Shown one piece after another: positions 29,515 through 39,370 of a DNA stretch of 64,000 nt. The position numbers were made by a program, and so were the translations under genes. Source of the DNA: Methanothrix sp. (GTDB lineage Archaea > Halobacteriota > Methanosarcinia > Methanotrichales > Methanotrichaceae); NCBI GenBank assembly GCA_026394565.1, contig JAPKYA010000042.1, positions 1,803-65,802 of the forward strand. Reading direction: 5' to 3'. Below the pieces are notes generated by a model that saw only the letters and a program-made list of their open reading frames with translations, was not told the DNA's origin and did no database searches. Each line of letters opens with the position of its first letter. Position 1 is the stretch's first letter.

Positions 29515-30006
29515 ATGAATAAGACAGCACCATTCATGGATCTCAAAGCCCAGGTGCAGGGATTCATGGCCAAAAAAGAGGTGCAGCTTAGCGAAGAGCT
29601 GGCCGAGAAGTATGGTGTTCCCCCAGAGGAGGTGGCCGGCGTGGTAAACTCCTTTTTGAAGGACACCTACGGACCGGCGATAAGGATGGCCCAGGCCATT
29701 GATAGCAAGGAGGGGGTAGTGCTGCTCTTTATCGGCAGAAAAGATTGCACCATCTGCCAGAGATGCGAGCCGATTCTAGAGAGCTTTCTGTCCCAACACA
29801 CGGATTTAGTGCTGGTAAAACTGGACTATTCCCAGCCCTCCGGCCTGCTCTACCATATGATCCATAGCCAAGAGAAAGGCATGCTCCCTTTGATTGCTTT
29901 TATCTTCCAGGGCACCATAAGGATAATCTTCACCGGAGAGTGCCTTCACGCGGCAGTTTATGAAAAATATTATAACGAATGCAGCCAAAATATATATGCT
30001 CACTGA
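29515..30006 (+). CDS. Thioredoxin-fold protein with N-terminal extension
   Basis: CTIC motif followed by a MLPLIAF cis-Pro loop. Confidence 0.65.
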   Translation: MNKTAPFMDLKAQVQGFMAKKEVQLSEELAEKYGVPPEEVAGVVNSFLKDTYGPAIRMAQAIDSKEGVVLLFIGRKDCTICQRCEPILESFLSQHTDLVLVKLDYSQPSGLLYHMIHSQEKGMLPLIAFIFQGTIRIIFTGECLHAAVYEKYYNECSQNIYAH

Positions 30007-30033
30007 GATTACAGAAGTGCTGCGAGGGAGATT

Positions 30034-30702
30034 ATGACCTTAATAGTGCTCAACTTCAAGACCTATCGTGAATCGACAGGCCCGGAGGCTCTACGCCTGG
30101 CAGAGATATGCGAAGACATTTCTCAGGATTATTCCGTCAAAATGGTGGTAGTTCCCCAGGTGGCTGATATTCAGACCATTTCCAGGGCAGTAAAGATACC
30201 GGTCTATGCTCAGCATGTGGACGGAGTGGGATACGGCGGCTTTACGGGCCATGTGACCGCAGCGTCCTTGAAAGCGGCGGGAGCTGCCGGATCTCTTATC
30301 AACCACTCCGAGCGAAGGCTCGAGCTGGCGAAGATCGAGGCCTCCATCTCCGCCTGTCGACTGGCCGGCATAAAGACGATAGTGTGTACCAACAACGTGG
30401 CCACAACTCGCGCCTCTGCCGCACTGGATCCGGACTATGTGGCTGTGGAGCCGCCGGAGCTGATCGGCAGCGGCATTCCCGTATCCAAGGCCAATCCGGA
30501 GATAATTTCCAGATCAGTTGATGCCGTCAAACGCATTGCTCCAGAGGTGGGTGTTCTCTGCGGGGCAGGAATAACTCATGGCGAGGATCTGAGAAGCGCC
30601 CTGGAGCTGGGATCGATTGGTGTCTTGCTTGCTTCCGGAATTATCAAGGCAAAAGACCAGCGCAAGGCTTTAGAAGATCTGGTGACGGGAGCCTCGAAAT
30701 GA
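30034..30702 (+). CDS. tpiA: Triosephosphate isomerase (archaeal type)
   Basis: NFKTY, AQHVD, NHSERR, AVEPPELIGSG and GVLLASG motifs. Confidence 0.96.
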   Translation: MTLIVLNFKTYRESTGPEALRLAEICEDISQDYSVKMVVVPQVADIQTISRAVKIPVYAQHVDGVGYGGFTGHVTAASLKAAGAAGSLINHSERRLELAKIEASISACRLAGIKTIVCTNNVATTRASAALDPDYVAVEPPELIGSGIPVSKANPEIISRSVDAVKRIAPEVGVLCGAGITHGEDLRSALELGSIGVLLASGIIKAKDQRKALEDLVTGASK

Positions 30703-30965
30703 TAGCGGTGCACGTTCGTGTCTCGGGCCGAGTGCAGGGCGTTTTCTATCGCGCCTTTACCCAGGACCGTGCACGGGCTCTGGGGGTGAAAGGCTGGGTA
30801 AGAAACATTCCCAGCGGTGGAGTGGAGGCTGTGCTGGAGGGAGAGAGAAAGCCCGTAGGAGAATTGCTCAAAGCCATGAAGTCGGGACCTACAGGTGCAA
30901 TAATCCTGGGGATGGAGTTCTCCGAGCTGGAAAGCAAAGGGTATGAGGATTTTGAAATAGAATAG
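30699..30965 (+). CDS. acyP: Acylphosphatase
   Basis: VSGRVQGVFYR and GWVRN motifs. Confidence 0.93.
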   Translation: MIAVHVRVSGRVQGVFYRAFTQDRARALGVKGWVRNIPSGGVEAVLEGERKPVGELLKAMKSGPTGAIILGMEFSELESKGYEDFEIE

Positions 30966-30976
30966 GATGTGATCTC

Positions 30977-31147
30977 ATGCTTACCGTCAACAGATACAAA
31001 TGCTGCTACTGCGGTGCCTGCGTCGGAGTCTGCCCGACATGTGCCCTGGAGCTGGTGGAGACCTGGCTCGAGGTCTCGGCAGAGTGTAAGGAGTGCGGCC
31101 TGTGCACAAAGATATGCCCAGTGGGAGCCCTGGAGGTCAAGGCATGA
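30977..31147 (+). CDS. 2[4Fe-4S] ferredoxin (56 aa; not in the ORF track)
   Basis: Manual translation MLTVNRYKCCYCGACVGVCP..ECKECGLCTKICPVGALEVKA*; ATGA overlap with the GGR gene. Confidence 0.9.
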   Translation: MLTVNRYKCCYCGACVGVCPTCALELVETWLEVSAECKECGLCTKICPVGALEVKA

Positions 31148-32319
31148 AGTGCGACTTGATAGTAGTAGGGGGGGGGCCTGGCGGATCGATGGCCGCCAAG
31201 ACGGCAGCTTCGGCCGGCCTCAATGTCGTCATGCTGGAGAAACGCCAGGAGATCGGCGATCCCGTGCGCTGTGCTGAGGGCGTCAGCAAGAGGGCCTTAT
31301 GCCGCATGATGTTGCCCGAGCCGGAATGGATATCTTCCGAGGTAAAGGGTGCCAGAATCTATGCTCCGGACGGAAAAAGCATAGTCATGTCCGAGGACAA
31401 GAGCGGCGGCGAGGTGGGCTACGTACTGGAGAGGAAGGTCTTCGATCGAGGCTTGGCCATGCAGGCGGCCCAGGCGGGGGCCAAGATCCTGGTCAAGACC
31501 AGAGCCTTGGGTCTCTTGAGGAAGGACGGAGCAATTTGCGGGGTGTCGGGCCTGCGCATTGGCGAGCCCCTGCAGATCGAGGCGCCCCTCATCATCGGCG
31601 CGGACGGAGTGGAGTCCAAGGTGGGACGCTGGGCGGGCATTGACACCACTTTGAAGCTGCAGGATATCGAATCTTGCGCCCAGTTCCTGGTGCAGGATGC
31701 ATCCATTGACGACGAATACACCGAGTTCTTTTTAGGAAACAGCATCGCTCCCTCAGGATATGCCTGGTCGTTTCCCAAGGGCGAGAAGCTGGCCAACATC
31801 GGACTCGGAATTCAGGGCTCTCGATCCAAGCCCGGCGAAGCTATGCGGCTGCTGCGCCAGTTCATGAAGACTCGCTTTCCGAACGGCAAAGTGGTGGAGA
31901 TGGTCGTAGGAGGAGACCCCTGCTCCGGGCCCATCGACTCTGCAATAACAGATGGCGTGATGCTGGTGGGAGATGCGGCTCATCAGACCGATCCGCTCAC
32001 GGGAGGAGGCATTCTCAATGCCATGCAGGCGGGAATCATCGCCGGAGAGGTAGCGGCAAAGGCCATAACCGCAGGCAATGTCCGCCGGGCCGGCCTGCAA
32101 GAGTACGAAGACCGCTGGCGAGAGGATTTCGGTAAGGTTATCGCCCGGAGCTTCCAGTTCAAAGAGTTCTTCGTCAAGCTTACAGATAAAGACATGAACC
32201 AGCTCATCGGCTCTCTGGCCAAGGAGGATATATCCAAGATGGATCTGCCGGGGATGCTGCGCGTTCTCTTCCGGCTCAATCCCAAACTTCTCTGGGGGCT
32301 GAAAAGCCTTATTATTTAG
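31144..32319 (+). CDS. Digeranylgeranylglycerophospholipid (geranylgeranyl) reductase
   Basis: GGGPGG FAD motif, RCAEG, GYAWSFPKG and GDAA..DPLTGGGI. Confidence 0.9.
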   Translation: MKCDLIVVGGGPGGSMAAKTAASAGLNVVMLEKRQEIGDPVRCAEGVSKRALCRMMLPEPEWISSEVKGARIYAPDGKSIVMSEDKSGGEVGYVLERKVFDRGLAMQAAQAGAKILVKTRALGLLRKDGAICGVSGLRIGEPLQIEAPLIIGADGVESKVGRWAGIDTTLKLQDIESCAQFLVQDASIDDEYTEFFLGNSIAPSGYAWSFPKGEKLANIGLGIQGSRSKPGEAMRLLRQFMKTRFPNGKVVEMVVGGDPCSGPIDSAITDGVMLVGDAAHQTDPLTGGGILNAMQAGIIAGEVAAKAITAGNVRRAGLQEYEDRWREDFGKVIARSFQFKEFFVKLTDKDMNQLIGSLAKEDISKMDLPGMLRVLFRLNPKLLWGLKSLII

Positions 32320-32374
32320 CTCGTGGGAGGAGAATAGCTCAGCATATTCTCTCTCATTTTTTGCATTTTGCTTT

Positions 32375-32923
32375 CTACACCAGTACACAGGACCCATCGG
32401 CCCTTTTGGGCAGCCTTTGTGGGTCGAAGTGGATGGTTATTTTCTCTTTATCCGCATCAATAGCTGCCACACCCAGGTGGAAGATATAGCGTAGAGTCCT
32501 GCGTCCGTCCGGAATATGCAACTTGTGCTCCCGGCGCAGGATGATGGCGCAAACGGTCTGAAGAGCCGGGCCGCTCTGCAGGAATAAGAGGCCGGGCAGG
32601 TTGAGGCGATGGTGGCTCGTAGTGGGGTATCTCTCGCCAATCAATTCGCCCAGCTCTTCGCGACGAATCATCACCTCCAGCTCGCCGCTCTTCACGGCAA
32701 TCAGGCTCTCGTCGGCATGCACCCGGTCTATGTGAGAATGCAGCGCATAGAGCACGTAGCTGTCCCCGCGTCCCCTGTTTTCCTGGGGTAGGAGTGCTTC
32801 CAGCTTCTTCATAAAGGGGCGCAGAAGAGGACTGGTCCCGGCAAAGAGAGCCCCGGGGAGGTTTCCAACCTCGGTCCGGGCCAGCTCATTGAGATCCTTC
32901 TCGCGAATCTCGATGGATATCAT
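32375..32923 (-). CDS. Hypothetical protein
   Basis: Clean ORF with a protein-like composition. Start placed at MISIEIRE. Confidence 0.6.
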   Translation of the reverse strand: MISIEIREKDLNELARTEVGNLPGALFAGTSPLLRPFMKKLEALLPQENRGRGDSYVLYALHSHIDRVHADESLIAVKSGELEVMIRREELGELIGERYPTTSHHRLNLPGLLFLQSGPALQTVCAIILRREHKLHIPDGRRTLRYIFHLGVAAIDADKEKITIHFDPQRLPKRADGSCVLV

Positions 32924-33332
32924 GATAATATATTCGCCTTCTGGGAAATATATCTTGCTCGAGCCCTGGGCGGCAATCTGTTGAGATGCCTGCAATTTTG
33001 CATCATGCATTAATTTTTTCTTTATAAATAATATGATAATTGAATACATATCTATTCTCTCTAAATTAATTATTTAATTTCATTTTGAGATGGGCTCGGG
33101 TAGACTCTGGCAAAATCACCCAGGCGGTGCAACTCCATTGATGGGCCTGTAGAAATTGCTACAAATATAAATTCTCAACTCACAACATTCTTGCCTGCAA
33201 GGTCACCTAAATGTAAACCCCATTTGCTTTTTAAGTTATTATCTAATGTATTAGTCTAATTAAGTAAAATTAAAAGACATTCCCTTTCAAAACAAATTAT
33301 TTATATCATTAAGTATTTGTGACAAGAAAAAT

Positions 33333-33722
33333 ATGGTGACGATTATGAGAGAGTCCACCGTAAAGATCCTGGACGACAAGGACATGGAATTTGTCGAAAC
33401 GCTTCGATCCCTGAGCGTTCCGCGCAACGTTGCAACGCTCATAACCTTTCTGGCAAATGTGGATGAAGCCTCATCTCGCGAGATAGAGATGGGCTCCGAC
33501 CTGCGGCAACCGGAGGTTAGCATTGCCATGCGCACCCTGCGCGAAAACAATTGGATAGAAGAGAAGGAGATCAAGCGCGAAGGCAAAGGCAGACCAATGA
33601 AGGTCTACTCGCTAAAAGCGAGCATTGATGAGATTATAAGGCATTTCGAGGAGGAGAAGATGCACGAGTCAGCCCAGGCCATGGAGAGCATCCAGAGGCT
33701 GAAGCAACTCATATCAACCTAG
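33333..33722 (+). CDS. Methanogen-type wHTH transcriptional regulator
   Basis: SREIE..SDLRQPEVSIAM..GKGRP.K.Y pattern; preceded by an AT-rich promoter region. Confidence 0.85.
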   Translation: MVTIMRESTVKILDDKDMEFVETLRSLSVPRNVATLITFLANVDEASSREIEMGSDLRQPEVSIAMRTLRENNWIEEKEIKREGKGRPMKVYSLKASIDEIIRHFEEEKMHESAQAMESIQRLKQLIST

Positions 33723-33758
33723 ATCATAGATCAAACCGGGAGGGGAGCGGGCTTACAC

Positions 33759-34007
33759 TTAAGCGGAGGGACTGGCAAGTACCTCCACCTCGATTTTTGC
33801 AGCAATATTTCTGCCGAGCGATATCTTCGAGCCGTTTACCTCAATTACTACCGGCCCGCCGAAGGGCTGAGATGCAATTTTGCGGATATGCCTTCCTTTC
33901 CGTATGCCCATGGACTCAAACCTCTTCTCCCAGCCGGCATCACTGCTAACCGTCATGACTTCCAGCATCTGATTGCAGGGTGCCTTGGTGAGCTCTGTGT
34001 ACCTCAT
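33759..34007 (-). CDS. feoA: FeoA family protein
   Basis: [31 protein letters not shown]; ATGA overlap with the hisF stop. Confidence 0.85.
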   Translation of the reverse strand: MRYTELTKAPCNQMLEVMTVSSDAGWEKRFESMGIRKGRHIRKIASQPFGGPVVIEVNGSKISLGRNIAAKIEVEVLASPSA

Positions 34008-34816
34008 TTGCGCACGTTCACGCCCCTCTCTTTGAGATATGCCTTCACGCTTTGGATATTCCACTCTCCGAAGTGAAAGATGCTCGCAGCCAGCGCAGCC
34101 GAGGCATCGGTCTTCTTGAATACCTCCAGCATGTGTTCAGGGCTGGCGCAGCCTCCCGAGGCGATCACAGGCACTTTCACCCTTTTAGCCACGGCGGCCG
34201 TGAGAGGGATGTCGAAGCCGTCATAGGTCCCATCCCTGTCCATGCTGGTGAGAAGAATCTCCCCCGCCCCCAGGGATACCGCTTTGCTTGCCCAGGCGAT
34301 GGCGTCAATACCTGTAAACTGCCTGCCCCCATAAAAGGAGCACTCAAACCAGCAGGGCCCTTGCTCAGTCTCTACCATCTGCCGGCCTTCTTCTAAAGTG
34401 TAGCGCCGCTTGGCATCTATGGCCAGTACGACGGCCTGGTTTCCATAAAGATCGGATATCTCGCTGATAAGCTCAGGGCGCTTTAGTGCTGAGGTGTTTA
34501 CAGTGATCTTGTCTGCCCCGGCATTGAAAACCTCTCTTGCCTGCTCCACACTATTTATGCCGCCGCCTACGGCTAAAGGCACAAAGACCGACAACGAGGT
34601 CTTTTTAATGACGCTCGTCATCGTCTCCCGCCGCTCGTGAGATGCCGTGATGTCCAAAAAGACGATCTCATCGGCACCGTCCTCATAGTATTGGCCGGCC
34701 AGCTCCCAAGGGACGCCGGCATACCTTATCTGCTTGAACTCGATGCCCTTGACAACTCTGCCTCCCGGCACACCCAGGTCGCAGTCCAGACAGGGAATGA
34801 TCCTTCTCGCTAACAT
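34004..34816 (-). CDS. hisF: Imidazole glycerol phosphate synthase cyclase subunit
   Basis: [30 protein letters not shown] and ALAASIFH motifs. Confidence 0.96.
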   Translation of the reverse strand: MLARRIIPCLDCDLGVPGGRVVKGIEFKQIRYAGVPWELAGQYYEDGADEIVFLDITASHERRETMTSVIKKTSLSVFVPLAVGGGINSVEQAREVFNAGADKITVNTSALKRPELISEISDLYGNQAVVLAIDAKRRYTLEEGRQMVETEQGPCWFECSFYGGRQFTGIDAIAWASKAVSLGAGEILLTSMDRDGTYDGFDIPLTAAVAKRVKVPVIASGGCASPEHMLEVFKKTDASAALAASIFHFGEWNIQSVKAYLKERGVNVRK

Positions 34817-35412
34817 CGTGTGGACCTCACAAAGTTCTCCAGGATTCTCAGGCCCTTGACCCCCGACTTCTCGGGGTGAAACTGGGTGGCAAACATGTTA
34901 TCTTTGATAACTGCGGCCGTCACTTCCACTCCGTGCTCCGTGGTGGCGGCTATCACCGACTTGTCTTTTGGCAGGCCATAGTAGGAATGCACAAAGTAGA
35001 ACATGTCTCCATCAGAGATTCCATCCAGCATCTCCACCGGACGCTTGATGGAAAGGCTGTTCCAGCCCATCTGGGGAATCATCACACCATCAGGCAGGCG
35101 CACCACTTTGCCAGCTATCCAGCCCAGGCCCACCGCACCGGGACTCTCTTCGCTCTCCTCGAAGAGCACCTGCATGCCAACGCAAATGCCCAGCATCGGC
35201 ATTCCTTCCTGGAAGTGCCGCAAAAGCGAGCTTTCGAATCTGGAGAGCTGACTCATACAGCTTCCAAAGGCCCCCACTCCTGGAACTACAATGCCGTCTG
35301 CACCGTCCAGGCCCAATGGATCGCGAACGATTCTGGGATTTCCGCCCACATAGTCCAGGGCGTTGTAGATGCTGAACAGGTTGCCCATGCCATAGTTAAC
35401 TATCGCTATCAT
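34810..35412 (-). CDS. hisH: Imidazole glycerol phosphate synthase glutaminase subunit
   Basis: YGMGNL.S, PGVGAF, GICVGMQ, YFVHSY and QFHPEKS motifs. Confidence 0.96.
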   Translation of the reverse strand: MIAIVNYGMGNLFSIYNALDYVGGNPRIVRDPLGLDGADGIVVPGVGAFGSCMSQLSRFESSLLRHFQEGMPMLGICVGMQVLFEESEESPGAVGLGWIAGKVVRLPDGVMIPQMGWNSLSIKRPVEMLDGISDGDMFYFVHSYYGLPKDKSVIAATTEHGVEVTAAVIKDNMFATQFHPEKSGVKGLRILENFVRSTRC

Positions 35413-35450
35413 CTTCTTATCAGCCCTTAATTTAGAGCCGCATCATTACC

Positions 35451-35552
35451 GGAAAAGCTTTTCCTTTTGAGATTTCATAATAATTATGAAATGTTATGAT
35501 AAGATGTATTTGTAATAAATCGGAAGACATTTTCCCCCGGAAAGGTCTTTCC
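35451..35552. promoter_or_regulatory. Three GGAA-N6-TTCC boxes (NrpR-type nitrogen operators)
   Basis: Exact matches at 35451-35464, 35522-35535 and 35539-35552, upstream of the glutamate-synthase-like gene. Confidence 0.7.
35474..35490. promoter_or_regulatory. TTCATAA-N3-TTATGAA palindrome (a 12/14 copy lies at 35563-35579)
   Basis: Perfect inverted repeat that recurs upstream of amtB, the gltB operon and glnA. Confidence 0.7.
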
Positions 35553-35707
35553 GCCAGGTTGATTCATATAATTTATGATCTTTTGTGAAAACATATTTAT
35601 AGAGGAAATAGGAAGGCAGTTGGTGCCATAGGCCGCAATGACGATCTGCCGAAGGGATGGCGGATTGGACGCTGGTTTGTGATCATACAGCAAAAGGGTG
35701 GAGATCA

Positions 35708-37297
35708 ATGAATCTGAGAAGGCCAAATGCCAGTGCTGCCACTGGAACTTTCAACCGCTCGCGTAGCGTAGTCCCCATGTCGGGGATGTGTTCTGACTGC
35801 CTAGACGGATGCCGGGGAGGATGCGAAACCTGGCTGGCTTCTTTCCGGGGCCGTGAAGTGCTCTATCCGGGGCCCTTCGGCGAAATCACCGCAGGAGCAG
35901 ACAAAGATTATCCCATTGATTATTCTCATCTCAGCATCCAAGGTTATGCCATAGGCGCAGACGGCCTGCCAGCAGGCGTTGAGCCGGGCCCGGATACGGC
36001 TCTTTTCCCGAATGTCGACACTATGACCGAGTACGGCTGGTCCAAGAAGGTCAAGATGCAAGTCCCCATCTTTACCGGCGCTCTTGGCTCGACTGAGATC
36101 GCCAGAAAGAACTGGGAGCACTTTGCCATCGGCGCAGCCATCACCGGCATTACCCTGGTTTGCGGAGAGAATGTCTGCGGAATAGATCCGGGATTGGAGA
36201 GGGACGGCAAGGGCAAGGTCGCCAAATCTCCGGAGATGGATCGCAGAATCAACACTTACAAGAAGTTCTACAACGGCTTCGGCGAGATCCTGGTGCAGAT
36301 GAACGTAGAGGATACACGCCTTGGCGTGGCTGAGTATGTTTCCTCCAAGCACAACCTGGAGACCATCGAACTCAAATGGGGCCAGGGTGCAAAATGCATC
36401 GGCGGCGAGATCAAGGTTAAGACCCTGGACCGTGCTATCGAGCTCAAGAAACGCGGCTACATAGTCTCTCCAGATCCGACTCTGCCCGAGATTCAGGCAG
36501 CCTTCAAGGCCGGCGCCATCAAGGAGTTCGAGCGCCACTCCCGTCTGGGCTTTGTCACATATGACGGCTTCATGACCGAGATCGACAGGCTCAGGGACCT
36601 GGGATTCAAACGCATTACCCTTAAGACTGGTGCCTATTCCATGGTTGAGCTGGCCATGGCACTTCGCTACGGCAGCGAAGCGAAGCTCGACCTTCTCACC
36701 ATTGACGGCGCACCGGGCGGCACAGGCATGAGCCCCTGGGCCATGATGAATGAGTGGGGCATACCCACATTCTACCTGCAGTCGCTGGCCATCGAGTTCG
36801 CCAATCGCTTGAAGGCACGCGGTATGCGCGTTCCGGATCTGGCCATGGCAGGCGGCTTCTCTACTGAGGACGGCGTCTACAAGGCTCTGGCCATGGGCAC
36901 TCCCTACTTCAGAGCAGTCTGCATGGGTCGCGCCCTCATGATCCCAGGCATGGTCGGAAAGAACATCCAGGATTGGCTGGCCAAGGGAGATCTGCCCAAG
37001 GGCGTCTCCAAGTTCGGCAGCAAGCCAGAGGAGATCTTCGTGGCCTACGAAGAGCTGAAGGCCAAATTCGGCAACGACTTCAAGGACATACCCTATGGCG
37101 CCATCGCCCTCTACACCTACGGCCAGAAGTTCAAGACCGGGCTACAGCAGTTGATGGCTGGAAGCCGGAACTTCCGCCTGTCCACAATGTCTCGCGACGA
37201 TCTCATGGCCCTCACCGAAGAGGCTGCCAAAGTCTCAGGCATCCCCTACGTGATGCAGGCTCGCCGCGCGGAAGCCCTGAAAGTTTTGGATGCATAA
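35708..37297 (+). CDS. Stand-alone FMN-binding glutamate synthase family protein
   Basis: NRSRS..SGMC..C..GC.G.CE, ELKWGQGAKCIGGE and DGAPGGTGMSP motifs. Start placed at MNLRRPNA. Confidence 0.9.
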   Translation: MNLRRPNASAATGTFNRSRSVVPMSGMCSDCLDGCRGGCETWLASFRGREVLYPGPFGEITAGADKDYPIDYSHLSIQGYAIGADGLPAGVEPGPDTALFPNVDTMTEYGWSKKVKMQVPIFTGALGSTEIARKNWEHFAIGAAITGITLVCGENVCGIDPGLERDGKGKVAKSPEMDRRINTYKKFYNGFGEILVQMNVEDTRLGVAEYVSSKHNLETIELKWGQGAKCIGGEIKVKTLDRAIELKKRGYIVSPDPTLPEIQAAFKAGAIKEFERHSRLGFVTYDGFMTEIDRLRDLGFKRITLKTGAYSMVELAMALRYGSEAKLDLLTIDGAPGGTGMSPWAMMNEWGIPTFYLQSLAIEFANRLKARGMRVPDLAMAGGFSTEDGVYKALAMGTPYFRAVCMGRALMIPGMVGKNIQDWLAKGDLPKGVSKFGSKPEEIFVAYEELKAKFGNDFKDIPYGAIALYTYGQKFKTGLQQLMAGSRNFRLSTMSRDDLMALTEEAAKVSGIPYVMQARRAEALKVLDA

Positions 37298-37337
37298 GAA
37301 TCGATCAGGCCCCTATCGTGGCCTGATCGATTCTTAT
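37294..37337 (+). terminator. 18-bp perfect hairpin overlapping the stop codon
   Basis: ATAAGAATCGATCAGGCC-8 nt-GGCCTGATCGATTCTTAT, followed by a T-rich tract. Confidence 0.7.
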
Positions 37338-37385
37338 AATTTTTAATTTAGTTCCACTCAACGTCTTTTTTCGGCCACTTGGCTT

Positions 37386-37444
37386 CTTCGCGCCCTTCGC
37401 GGCTTCGCGCGAGATCCCAGTCAGCGAAGGCGCGAAGACGCGAA
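37386..37444. repeat. REP-like cluster of CTTCGCG / CGCGAAG heptamers
   Basis: Three CTTCGCG copies (37386, 37395, 37403) followed by three full or partial inverted copies (37424, 37431, 37439). Confidence 0.6.
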
Positions 37445-37625
37445 ATCCCGATGAGAGAAAGACAAATCCTGCAACACCCATATTAATTTCCGCCTTAACC
37501 GATGACGCATGTGCCCTGCGACCCTAGAACTATGACTGTGATCCTGCTGGTCATAGCGCATTTGGCCTTCCTGCGGGAAAGGCAACCGAAGGCTTTGGGC
37601 CTGCGAATTGAGATGTTAAGATGTT

Positions 37626-37642
37626 TTCATAAACCTTATGAA
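37626..37642. promoter_or_regulatory. TTCATAA-N3-TTATGAA palindrome upstream of amtB
   Basis: TTCATAA-ACC-TTATGAA, a perfect match ~50 nt before the amtB start. Confidence 0.75.
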
Positions 37643-37692
37643 ATAAGCATACTTTATCCCAAATATGCTTATTAATTAGGTTTCTGTCTTAA

Positions 37693-38982
37693 TTGTTGGT
37701 GGTAACATTGATTTCAGTTCGATCACTGCTATTATGCTTATTATTATCAGCTCTTCTGGCAGGTGCAGCTTCTGCGGAAGATGCAGCCATAAATGCCGCT
37801 GACAACGCCTGGGTGCTCATCAGCGCCGCTCTTGTCATGATCATGATTCCCGGCGTGGGCCTCTTCTACGGCGGCATGGTTAGAAAGAAGAACGCCATCT
37901 CCACGATCATCTTCAGCTTTGCCGTGATGAGCATCATAAGCCTGCAATGGATCTTGTGCGGCTACACCCTGGTCTTCGGAAAAGACATCGGCGGCCTCAT
38001 CGGCGGCCTGGATTTCCTGGGCCTGGCAGGCGTTGGCCTGCAGGCTAAGGAGGGCCTGACCATTCCATCGCTCACCTTCATGATCTTTCAGGCCATGTTC
38101 GCCATCATCACCGTCGCTTTGATCACGGGCTCTTACGTGGAACGCATCAAGTTCAGCTCCTTTCTCGTCTTCTCCCTGGCCTGGGCTACTCTGGTCTACG
38201 ATCCCGTGGCCCACTGGGTCTGGGGCGGGGGCTGGCTGCAGCAGATGGGCGTCCTGGACTTTGCGGGCGGCATAGTGGTGCACATCACCGCAGGCGTTTC
38301 CGCTATGGCCGTGGCTATGGTCATCGGTGTGCGCAAGGGCTTTGGCACCGACCCGATGGAGCCGCACAACATTCCCACCACGGTCATGGGCGCAGCTCTG
38401 CTCTGGTTCGGATGGTTCGGCTTTAACGCAGGCTCGGCTCTGGCGGCAAACGGCATCGCAGCCAATGCCTTCGTCACCACTAACACCTCAGCCGCGGCTG
38501 CGGCCACCACCTGGATGTTCCTATCCTGGCGACAGAGGGCGCCTTCGGCTCTAGGAATCGTGACGGGTGCAGTGGCCGGGCTGGCGGCGATAACGCCCGC
38601 TGCCGGCTACGTGACTCCCCTGGCGGCCATTCCCATCGGCATCGTAGCTGCTATCGCGGGCTACTATGCCATCATCTTCATTCGGGGCAGCGGCAAGGTG
38701 GACGACTCGCTGGACGTGCTTGCCTGTCACGGCATCGGCAGCACCTGGGGCGTCCTGGCTACCGGCATCTTCGCCACCATCGGAGCCACGGGCCTGCTTT
38801 CCGGAAATGCTCATCAGGTGCTGGTGCAGCTCATAGCTATAGCCGTCACCTGGGGCTACTCCTTTGTCGTCACCTTCGGCCTGGCCAGGATCATCGACGC
38901 AGTCATGGGGCTGCGCGTGCGGGATAAGGAGGAGGCAGTGGGTCTGGACATCAGCCAGCACGGCGAGGGCGCTTACATGTGA
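37693..38982 (+). CDS. amtB: Ammonium transporter AmtB
   Basis: FYGGMVRKKN, FQAMFAIIT, AHWVWGGG, DFAGGIVVH and LWFGWFGFNAGS motifs. Start codon uncertain. Confidence 0.95.
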   Translation: MLVVTLISVRSLLLCLLLSALLAGAASAEDAAINAADNAWVLISAALVMIMIPGVGLFYGGMVRKKNAISTIIFSFAVMSIISLQWILCGYTLVFGKDIGGLIGGLDFLGLAGVGLQAKEGLTIPSLTFMIFQAMFAIITVALITGSYVERIKFSSFLVFSLAWATLVYDPVAHWVWGGGWLQQMGVLDFAGGIVVHITAGVSAMAVAMVIGVRKGFGTDPMEPHNIPTTVMGAALLWFGWFGFNAGSALAANGIAANAFVTTNTSAAAAATTWMFLSWRQRAPSALGIVTGAVAGLAAITPAAGYVTPLAAIPIGIVAAIAGYYAIIFIRGSGKVDDSLDVLACHGIGSTWGVLATGIFATIGATGLLSGNAHQVLVQLIAIAVTWGYSFVVTFGLARIIDAVMGLRVRDKEEAVGLDISQHGEGAYM

Positions 38983-38992
38983 GGTGGGGAAA

Positions 38993-39331
38993 ATGAAGAA
39001 GATAGAAGCCATAATTCGGCCCGAGAAGCTGCACCTGCTGCGAGACAAGCTGGACAAGAAAGGCTTTTCGGGGATGACTGTGACGGAGGTCAAAGGCCGG
39101 GGCCGGCAGAAGGGCATCGCCTTGCAGTGGCGAGCTGGGGACTACCGGGTGGAGTTCCTGCAGAAGATAAAGCTGGAGATGGTGGTTGATGACAAGGATG
39201 CAGAGGTGGTCATCGACCTCATCTGTGAGTTTGCTCAAACAGGAGAAGCCGGGGACGGCAAGATCTTCGTCTATCCGGTGGAGGACGTGGTGCGGGTGCG
39301 CACCAAGGAGAGGGGGTGCGAGGCGATTTAG
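38993..39331 (+). CDS. glnK: P-II nitrogen regulatory protein
   Basis: MKKIEAIIRP, GMTVTEVKGRGRQKG and TG..GDGKIFV; 112 aa, directly after amtB. Confidence 0.93.
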   Translation: MKKIEAIIRPEKLHLLRDKLDKKGFSGMTVTEVKGRGRQKGIALQWRAGDYRVEFLQKIKLEMVVDDKDAEVVIDLICEFAQTGEAGDGKIFVYPVEDVVRVRTKERGCEAI

Positions 39332-39370
39332 AGATTCGGAAGAAAAAGGAGATAGCACATCTCCACTCTT

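Noticed and set aside
33092-33148. tRNA-like or riboswitch-like segment (GGGCTC..CTGG/CCAG..GGTGCAACTCC..GGGCCT)
   Set aside because: It is only ~57 nt, with no proper D arm, a poorly paired T stem and no clear anticodon arm. It does not fit the fluoride or cobalamin riboswitch consensus by eye; tRNAscan-SE/Infernal would settle it.
37495-37554. Possible small peptide (MTSRITVIVLGSQGTCVIG) on the minus strand near amtB
   Set aside because: Only 19 codons, with no clear RBS or promoter and no homology evidence.
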